Source: a virus (Duplodnaviria; Caudoviricetes). Taken from it: a DNA stretch of 26,939 bases. Below the pieces are notes generated by a model. It made no database searches. It was not told where the DNA came from and saw only the letters and a list, made by a program, of their open reading frames with translations. Of the stretch, positions 18,821-25,471 are shown one piece after another (within the stretch, counting starts at the first letter, position 1; every line of letters begins with the position of its first letter). Location of the stretch: the IMG/VR virus record IMGVR_UViG_3300007983_000016, positions 1 to 26,939 of that record; one strand, written 5' to 3'. The translations under genes were made by a program, and so were the position numbers.

Positions 18821-18844
18821 ATTTATTTCATAAGGAGAAATAAA

Positions 18845-19726
18845 ATGAGTGTATTTAGTACAGTGGAAGGAATTCCTATCTCAGAGATAAAGGATTCCGT
18901 AAAGGCAGAAGTTACTGACGAGGGAGCTATTAGTCAGGAAACTACGACCTTCTTGAATAAGAAGGCTGTTATGCGAATAGAAGAAGATGAGACACGAGTT
19001 CCTTTGGGTCTCGTTGCTACTAATCGTCTTCTTCTACACCATTCTGATCTTCTAGACTGGGTCCACGAAGGTCTAGACAAGACAAACATCGATTATAAGG
19101 TCATCGATAATGTTGTAAATCAACGATCAGATCTTTTTCAGCAATATCTTCTTAATATTGATATGGATACTCCAGACGGAGAGTCAATTAGCCCCAGCCT
19201 TATTCTTAAGGCTAGCTATGTTGGAAAGCCCTTGGAGATTATGTTCGGTACCTACCGTTTTGTCTGTAGCAACGGAGCGATCGTAGGAAATACTTTGGAG
19301 AACTTTACAGTAAAGCCAAATCAGCTTTCTGATCTTCTTAATCGAAGTATTGAAACAGAAATTCTTCATGGCGTCGAAAATATGTCAAGAGTATCTAATC
19401 GATATGCTCGTATGGCTCAGGAACCGATGAGTGACTATCTTCCTTCCCTGATTGAAGAAAAACGACTTTCAACAAAGATTCGAAAGGAAATCTTATACTC
19501 ATTGGAGAAGTCCGGTCAGGTCTCGCTTCCCTTGGAAGATGATGATATTCAAATTGATGCGGAATCGCTTAATCACAGTGATCCTACTTCTCTGTATACT
19601 CTTCTAGTTGACAATAGTGCTTGGGACCTTTACAATGTAGCCACGAATATTGCTACTCATACAACCCGGACTGTCTCTGGAAGACAATCAGCAGATCGTC
19701 AGATCGCTAATATTTTTAGCGTCTAA
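18845..19726 (+). CDS. DUF932-like protein
   Basis: GTYRFVCSNG and SAWDLYNVAT motifs; TAAGGAG SD. Confidence 0.75.
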   Translation: MSVFSTVEGIPISEIKDSVKAEVTDEGAISQETTTFLNKKAVMRIEEDETRVPLGLVATNRLLLHHSDLLDWVHEGLDKTNIDYKVIDNVVNQRSDLFQQYLLNIDMDTPDGESISPSLILKASYVGKPLEIMFGTYRFVCSNGAIVGNTLENFTVKPNQLSDLLNRSIETEILHGVENMSRVSNRYARMAQEPMSDYLPSLIEEKRLSTKIRKEILYSLEKSGQVSLPLEDDDIQIDAESLNHSDPTSLYTLLVDNSAWDLYNVATNIATHTTRTVSGRQSADRQIANIFSV

Positions 19727-19770
19727 CAATCTAGAGGTTCCCACTCATCCTAGAAAAGTGGACTTTTGTC

Positions 19771-19844
19771 GGGCTCATAGCTCAGTGGAATAGAGCAGGT
19801 GGTTTCTACCCATCAGGTCGGAGGTTCGAATCCTTCTGGGCTCA
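19771..19844 (+). tRNA. trnR: tRNA-Arg (UCU)
   Basis: Acceptor GGGCTCA/TGGGCTC, D arm GCTC/GAGC, anticodon stem GGTGG/CCATC with loop TT-TCT-AC, T arm GGAGG-TTCGAAT-CCTTC. CCA is not encoded. Confidence 0.93.
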
Positions 19845-19900
19845 AATTGATTATCATATCACTTAGAAGAGGTAGATGCTTCTGAAAAGAAGCCGCGATA

Positions 19901-20182
19901 ATGAAATATTTAAACCTAAAAGAAAATTATCCAGAACTTCACGAGCATATTGATACTGAGCTAAGAAAATTAGTAGGCCCTAAGATAAATAGTTCGCTAG
20001 AGTATCTGCATGCTAAACTTTTTTCATCTATTATTTTTCAAGGATATTGGGATATTCTAACAAAATATAGACTACACATCTTCGCTCCTCAAGGTCTTCT
20101 TGCTGTTCTTCTAATTACTGCGAAAGGAAATAAACTTCCTAATATAATTACTGACGCCAGAAAACTGGAAGGAATAATATAA
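19901..20182 (+). CDS. hypothetical protein
   Basis: ORF fills the space between the tRNA and the clamp loader; no motif recognised. Confidence 0.55.
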   Translation: MKYLNLKENYPELHEHIDTELRKLVGPKINSSLEYLHAKLFSSIIFQGYWDILTKYRLHIFAPQGLLAVLLITAKGNKLPNIITDARKLEGII

Positions 20183-20215
20183 CCATCATACCGGAAGGAG
20201 TATAATACTAGTAAT

Positions 20216-21295
20216 ATGTATACACTAGAACACAGACCGTTTAGTTTTGACGAGATGATTGGAAATAAGGGCACGCTTTCTGAAATGAAGAAGAGAAGTG
20301 AAACTATGGATTTTCCAGAGGTTATGATCTTCGAAGGCGCAAGTGGAACAGGAAAAACCACTCTCGCCTTCATTATTTCTGCTCTTATTAACGACACGAA
20401 TCCATTAAAGATTCGCGGACAAAAATATTTGAATCCAAATCCAAATTCTCCATCATCAAAGAATGTTTTGGAAGAAAAGTTTAGCCGTGACATTCATTTC
20501 TATGACGCCTCTACTATGGGAAAGGACGATGTATCAAAGCTAGAGTCTGTAGTAAGTACAGCTCCAATGTTTGATAAGAAGAAAGTAATCATTATTGATG
20601 AAGCACAGGAGCTTACAAAGTCCGGTAAGGGTGTTACTTTGAAGCTTTTGGAAAAAAAGCGAAAGAATGCTCACATCATCCTCTGTACAATGAACATCAA
20701 TGCCTTTGATAAGGCAGTAAAAACTAGAGGACAGCTTTATACGTTTCGTTCTCCCTCGTCAACCGACATAGCAGAATATTTGTACAATATCTCAGAGAAG
20801 GTAGGAGCAACTCCCCCCGATGAATTCTATGAGTCTGGAATTTTTGTAATAGCAGAAAATTGCGAAGGTTCTATTCGAAGTGCCGTACAAAATCTAGAGC
20901 GTTGTCTGGTTGGAGAATTCTATTCTGAAGAGCAGATTCAAAACGAGTTAGGATTTTTGTCTACTAATGCTTTGGCTAAGATAATTTCTAAGATTTTCGA
21001 GAACGATATGTCAGTTATGAAAGATATTATCGATTTCTCTGTGAAGGAATTTTTCTACAAGACAAAGAAAACCATTACTGAAGCGGCTATCTATAAGAAT
21101 ATCGGATTCATAAAGGCTGATTGGAAGAAAGGTTTCGCAAAGAAAATAAGCAAGTACGATCTAGATGGATTTGTTGATATGCTTATGAGAGTAGATTCTG
21201 AGACCTATTTCAAGGAAGACTTTTTTCTATACGAGCTCTCGAAGTTCATGAAAAATAGCCAAAAAATTACCAAAAAAAGAGAACCCGTAAGCTAG
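20216..21295 (+). CDS. dnaX: clamp loader, DNA polymerase III gamma/tau-like
   Basis: HRPFSFDEMIG, GASGTGKTT, DAS, IIIDEAQ and EGSIRSA. Confidence 0.88.
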   Translation: MYTLEHRPFSFDEMIGNKGTLSEMKKRSETMDFPEVMIFEGASGTGKTTLAFIISALINDTNPLKIRGQKYLNPNPNSPSSKNVLEEKFSRDIHFYDASTMGKDDVSKLESVVSTAPMFDKKKVIIIDEAQELTKSGKGVTLKLLEKKRKNAHIILCTMNINAFDKAVKTRGQLYTFRSPSSTDIAEYLYNISEKVGATPPDEFYESGIFVIAENCEGSIRSAVQNLERCLVGEFYSEEQIQNELGFLSTNALAKIISKIFENDMSVMKDIIDFSVKEFFYKTKKTITEAAIYKNIGFIKADWKKGFAKKISKYDLDGFVDMLMRVDSETYFKEDFFLYELSKFMKNSQKITKKREPVS

Positions 21296-21314
21296 ATTTT
21301 AGTATAATAAGAAT

Positions 21315-21878
21315 ATGAACATATTTATGTTGGACGATAATCCAAAAATTGCTGCTAAAATGCTAGACGATGTAAGGGTTGTAAAAATGATAACAGAGAG
21401 CGCTCAGATGCTCTCTACAGCTCACAGGATCCTTGATGGTCGCAAGATACTGGTTCATACAACTAGTAGAAATCGAACTCACTGGGAGCTACCAGAACCT
21501 TTTGAGTCTAACCTGTACAAAGTTGCTTATCGCAATCATCCGTGTAATATTTGGATACGAGAAACTACTGACAATTATCAATGGCTCTTCGATCATTTCG
21601 TAGCTCTTGCACAAGAGTATACGCTTCGATATGGAAAGAAGCATAAAAGCAGCGGTCTTATTCGTTTTTTGCTAAGATATCCCTTAAACATTATGGATGG
21701 TCCTCTTACTTTTCCGGCTCTCGCTATGCCCGAAGAATACAAGTCATCCAATTTTGTTGAATCTTACCGTAGCTACTTTAATGGAGAAAAACTATTTCCG
21801 AAGAAAAGGCCCGCGTCATGGAAAAATAATGAAATTCCATCATGGGTTGATACTCAAAAGCTTACTAGACTAGTATAA
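21315..21878 (+). CDS. pyrimidine-dimer DNA glycosylase / endonuclease V-like protein
   Basis: MNIF.LD, VVKMITESAQMLSTA, HPCNIW, EYTLRYGKKH and SYRSYF. Confidence 0.75.
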   Translation: MNIFMLDDNPKIAAKMLDDVRVVKMITESAQMLSTAHRILDGRKILVHTTSRNRTHWELPEPFESNLYKVAYRNHPCNIWIRETTDNYQWLFDHFVALAQEYTLRYGKKHKSSGLIRFLLRYPLNIMDGPLTFPALAMPEEYKSSNFVESYRSYFNGEKLFPKKRPASWKNNEIPSWVDTQKLTRLV

Positions 21879-21899
21879 TATATATATAAGGAGACAACA

Positions 21900-22178
21900 T
21901 TGGCAAATAAGATTAAGGGACTGCCGGAAAGTGAAGAGTTTGATTTTGAACTATGGCGGATAGACTTTCAGTTCGCTATCATGCTGAACATTAGATATGG
22001 ACTTGAGAAGAGATACATGAAGGTTCAAAATAAGTTCAAGCAGATAACAAAGGATTATCTGTCACTAGATCAAACTAAGATAGCTATAGAAAAGATTGTG
22101 AATAGTGCATATTTGACTATTCCTGAAGAATTCTATAGAGAGGCTGAACGATACAATGGAATACCTACGAGCAGTTAA
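21900..22178 (+). CDS. hypothetical protein
   Basis: TAAGGAG SD, TTG start, upstream GTATAAT. Confidence 0.7.
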   Translation: MANKIKGLPESEEFDFELWRIDFQFAIMLNIRYGLEKRYMKVQNKFKQITKDYLSLDQTKIAIEKIVNSAYLTIPEEFYREAERYNGIPTSS

Positions 22179-22211
22179 ACGTCAGTATGTTCATAATATA
22201 AGGAGACAACA

Positions 22212-22421
22212 ATGCCAGAAGTTACGATGAAATCAGACCTGAAGGATATGGCAGCATATCTACTTTACTGTGATATTCCCTTTCAAATCGTGAGAGAAGA
22301 AAATTACATTCGACTTTTGACTGATCTTAAAGAGATTAAGTTCAAATATACTGGAGAAATGTTCGAAGCTACCACATTTAATGTTCCCCACACTGTAGGA
22401 GAATATCGTCTACATTCATGA
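22212..22421 (+). CDS. hypothetical protein
   Basis: TAAGGAG SD; ATGA overlap with the primase. Confidence 0.7.
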   Translation: MPEVTMKSDLKDMAAYLLYCDIPFQIVREENYIRLLTDLKEIKFKYTGEMFEATTFNVPHTVGEYRLHS

Positions 22422-23410
22422 TTAGCTATGAAGAATTAAACAGCATTTATCCTGTATCACTGCTTTTGGAAAATTTAGGCCTACAGAAGGTAGAAGAACG
22501 AGAAAAGTATTATCGTTTTTCGTCGCCTTTTAAGACGGATAAAAATCCATCAATGGTTCTTTACAAAGATAATCTAATGTGTATAGATTTTTCTTCCAGG
22601 TATAGAAACAGTCTTTTTTCGTTTGTGAAGGATTTGACGGGAGAAAGTCTGTATTCTGTTGCTGGATTGGATAAGGGAAAGCTTTATGGAAAGATGTTTG
22701 AGAATTCTTTGCAAACTAGAACAGAGTTTCCAAGCAGAATCAAATCCATCAAGATAAATGGAATGCTGGATAGAGTCGAAAAAAGTGAAGAGGCTCTTTC
22801 GTACTGTCAAAAGAGGAACCTTTTCAAAGACTTTAGAAAAAAGTTCGATATACGATATATGAAATCCGGTAAGATTAATGAAACTTACTTCGGAAATAGA
22901 GTCTGCATTCCTATCATTAGCGGCGGAAAAACTGTTTCTATGGAAGGAAGAGATATTACCGGAAAAGCGAGAGCGAAGGTTCTTTATCCCAAAGGAGCTT
23001 ATGTATCAACACTTTTCAACATCGATAATCTAAATAGAAATGAACCTCTTATTGTTGTAGAAGGAATTATGGATATTCCTAAGATTTGGAAGTTCTTTAC
23101 TACGAATGTTACAACTACCTTCGGAATAATGATTACAACAAAACAGAAGGAGTTGCTTTCTACTTTCGATGATGTTATATTAATGCCCGACGGAGATAAG
23201 GCTGGAGAAGATATGATAGATGAGTTTGATTCTTTCTATGATAGAGAGTTCAAAATCGCTAGACTAGAAGGAAAAGACCCTGGCGATGCGTTCACAAAAG
23301 AAATAGAAAAAGTACTATCAAACGTAAAGTCTTCTACACATTATTTTCTAGAAAAGTCTGAGTTATTTAACTCAGATGAAAAGAAAGAGGTATCTTTGTA
23401 TGACGCATAG
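22418..23410 (+). CDS. dnaG: DNA primase (TOPRIM)
   Basis: NRVCIPI, EGR, VVEGIMD, DGDKAG and KDPGD. Confidence 0.9.
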   Translation: MISYEELNSIYPVSLLLENLGLQKVEEREKYYRFSSPFKTDKNPSMVLYKDNLMCIDFSSRYRNSLFSFVKDLTGESLYSVAGLDKGKLYGKMFENSLQTRTEFPSRIKSIKINGMLDRVEKSEEALSYCQKRNLFKDFRKKFDIRYMKSGKINETYFGNRVCIPIISGGKTVSMEGRDITGKARAKVLYPKGAYVSTLFNIDNLNRNEPLIVVEGIMDIPKIWKFFTTNVTTTFGIMITTKQKELLSTFDDVILMPDGDKAGEDMIDEFDSFYDREFKIARLEGKDPGDAFTKEIEKVLSNVKSSTHYFLEKSELFNSDEKKEVSLYDA

Positions 23411-23588
23411 TTGGATAGTAAATCTAAAAGAAGGACAAAAGCTAGTTGGGTCTATTTTGGTAGATACTGAAATAGGAGAGGATCCTTATCTTAAGGCTGA
23501 CTTTACTGACTACCAAAGAGAAATGATAAAGACAAATAAGTATTCTTTAGAGCTTAGATTGCTAAAGAAAGAATCAAAGGGGAAGTAA
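23400..23588 (+). CDS. hypothetical protein
   Basis: Probable ATG at 23400 after GAGGT; the stop lies inside the 5' end of the tmRNA-like RNA. Confidence 0.55.
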   Translation: MTHSWIVNLKEGQKLVGSILVDTEIGEDPYLKADFTDYQREMIKTNKYSLELRLLKKESKGK

Positions 23589-23683
23589 AGGTTTCGATTA
23601 TGAATTCGTTTGAAGCGACGTAAGGCCCACTGCATCGAAAGCTTAGAGTTCATAAGACGAGGGTTCGACTCCCTCCTTCTCCA
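23579..23683 (+). ncRNA. ssrA: miniature tmRNA-like RNA (tRNA-like domain only, 105 nt)
   Basis: 5' GGGGAAG-TAAAGGTTTCGA and 3' GAC-GAGGG-TTCGACT-CCCTC-CTTCTCC-A; G3:U70 pair; 10-bp P2 helix; no D stem or anticodon arm. Confidence 0.85.
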
Positions 23684-23694
23684 AAGAGGAAGAA

Positions 23695-23745
23695 ATGAGT
23701 AAAACATGGTTTATTTCCGATACACATTTTAGACACAGCAGATGA
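23695..23745 (+). pseudogene. orphaned 5' fragment of metallophosphoesterase (MSKTWFISDTHFRHSR*)
   Basis: AGAGGA SD; the first 14 aa are identical to the reconstructed N-terminus of the gene at 24623. Confidence 0.85.
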
Positions 23746-23769
23746 TATAAATTATCATACTATTAAAGT

Positions 23770-24626
23770 ATGATAATAAAGAAGTGTTTAGTCTGCGGCA
23801 AAGAGTTTGGAACATATCCTTCAATTAATTCTAAGTTTTGTTCTAGAAAATGTTACGGGGTATATTTAAGCGAAACTATTAGAGGTGAAAATAATCCTAA
23901 TTTCGGTAATAAATGGACAAAGGAACAAAAAAGACTCAGTCAAATATTATAAAATCAAAAGTAGATGAAGATTATAGGTATAAAGCAGGAACGGCGAATC
24001 GAGGCAAAAAGTTTTCTAAAGAACGAATAGAAAGAATGCATGGCCACCGCACATTCGAGTCTTATTCGAGAGAACACTCAGATGAATCGAAGAAAAAGAT
24101 AGGAAAGAAGAGTTCTGAAAAATTTACTGAAGAGTATAAGATAGCTTTCAGAAAGAAAATGGAAGACAGTGGCCGTTGGCTTCCTTTAGAAGAAAAAGAA
24201 GACTGTCAAATATATTTCAAAGAAGCGAGCTGGATAGATAAAATGTTCGATCTTGTTGAAGATGGGAGAGAGTTATTGAAAGAATTCGGTGTTTTTCACA
24301 ATACAAAAAATATTGAGGGGGTAGTTAGAGACCATAAGTATGGCAGAGTGTCTGGATTTAAGAATAAAATTTTTCCTGAAATTCTAAGACATCCGGCAAA
24401 CTGCCAAATAATATTACATTCAAAAAATGTAAGTAAAGGACAGCTCAATAGAGGAAGAGGAAGGATCGACTCATCTATCTCTTTGGAGAAACTTTTTGAA
24501 GAAATAAAGAACTATCAAAAACAATGGAAAGAACAAAAATTAGTTTTGGAGTTAATAAAGCGGTATGAAAACGGAGAAAGATGGGAAAGAAAAGGGGGCA
24601 AATGCGTATCAGAGGGCCAAGTATGA
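23770..24626 (+). mobile_element. free-standing HNH homing endonuclease (Zn-ribbon + NUMOD3-like repeats + HNH), frameshifted near 23927-23932
   Basis: CLVCGKEF..FCSRKC, GENNPNFG and HSDESKKKI; HNH-like RDH...HPANCQIILHSKNVSKG. Two overlapping ORFs are joined by a -1 shift at an A6 run. Confidence 0.75.
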
Positions 24627-24662
24627 GTAAGACTTGGTTCATCTCTGATACGCATTAGCTAT
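24601..24662 (+). other. candidate bypass element 2: 22-bp 5' stem-loop, take-off CAT, 7-nt gap TAGCTAT
   Basis: 24601-24614 is perfectly complementary to 24643-24656, and 24615-24622 pairs with 24632-24639. Gap is 24656-24662. Confidence 0.65.
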
Positions 24663-25175
24663 TTTCGTCATGCTAATATTCTAACTTTTGAAAAAGATGA
24701 TGGAAGTCTTCTACGACCTGGATTTAGAGACGTCGATCATATGAACAAGTATATGATCGAAAGATGGAACAGCGTAGTGGCTAAGGATGATAAAATTTAT
24801 CATCTAGGCGATGTTTTAATGGGAACTTCTATCGAAGCCTTTAAAATTTTATCCCGCCTCAATGGAAGAAAAGTTCTAATCAAAGGAAATCATGATACGG
24901 CTAAGATTCATCGATATATGGAATATTTTACCGACGTAAGAAGTGAGATACATAAGAAAACTCCAGCAGGAAAAAAGGTAATTTTTACTCATCGTCCTAT
25001 ATATCTGGCCCAAAACGAAGAAGTTTTCAATGTTCATGGTCATATGCATTATCGTAGTATTCAAGACTCTAGGTATCTGAACATTAGCGTCGAAAGGTTA
25101 GAGGATTATACGCCTATCAGCTGGGAAAAAATCAATGAAATTCTCTTACAAAACAATCGTCTTTTACCAGTATAA
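24623..25175 (+). CDS. calcineurin-like metallophosphoesterase interrupted by a 7-nt gap (join 24623-24655 + 24663-25175, 181 aa)
   Basis: FISDTH|FRHANI, HLGDV, KGNHD, FTHRP and VHGHMH. Confidence 0.85.
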
Positions 25176-25205
25176 TATCTATAAGTCAATTGGATAGGAG
25201 ACAGT

Positions 25206-25445
25206 ATGAACGAATTGATTCAGTATGTTCGAGACAATAATGGAACTCCAATCGGAGCAGTTGTTGCGGTAGGAAAGAATCAAGTTGGATGGTCAAGGCT
25301 TCATAAGCTGGACAAGTGGGATCGTGAAAAAGCTTTGATGATTGCTCGAAACCGAGCAGTAGCTGGATTCAATAGTACTATGCCTCATGATGTTGTTTAT
25401 ATTTATGACAATATGATCGAAAGATCAAAGAAATATTTTAAGTAA
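25206..25445 (+). CDS. hypothetical phage protein
   Basis: AGGAG SD; GWS....DKWDREKAL.IA..RA pattern. Confidence 0.75.
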   Translation: MNELIQYVRDNNGTPIGAVVAVGKNQVGWSRLHKLDKWDREKALMIARNRAVAGFNSTMPHDVVYIYDNMIERSKKYFK

Positions 25446-25471
25446 TCATTCAGAAAAGGTATAATACACAT

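Noticed and set aside
19798-19814. Amber suppressor tRNA (CTA is visible in the anticodon loop)
   Set aside because: The 5-bp stem GGTGG/CCATC centres TCT in the 7-nt loop, so the tRNA is Arg(UCU).
19876-19953. Alternative short ORF after GAGGT, with a GAAA-tetraloop hairpin at 19878-19893
   Set aside because: It is only 25 codons, the stem is 6 bp, and it overlaps the longer 19901 ORF. Evidence is insufficient.
23579-23683. Ordinary or intron-containing tRNA-Ala, or a permuted two-piece tmRNA
   Set aside because: There is no D stem or anticodon arm, the D-loop and GAC linker are tmRNA-type, and the ends are in standard order.
5038-24662. TAG reassignment (alternative genetic code) as the explanation for the split genes
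   Set aside because: The gaps are 47 and 7 nt, so readthrough stays out of frame. TAG also ends several complete genes (for example 8572, 16994, 21295, 23410), and the long genes are intact in code 11.
23728-24662. Group I intron carrying the HNH gene, joining the 23695 fragment to 24663
   Set aside because: The interval is almost entirely ORF, with no room for a P3-P7 core, and has no terminal G at the junction. The duplicated N-terminus fits a free-standing cassette better.
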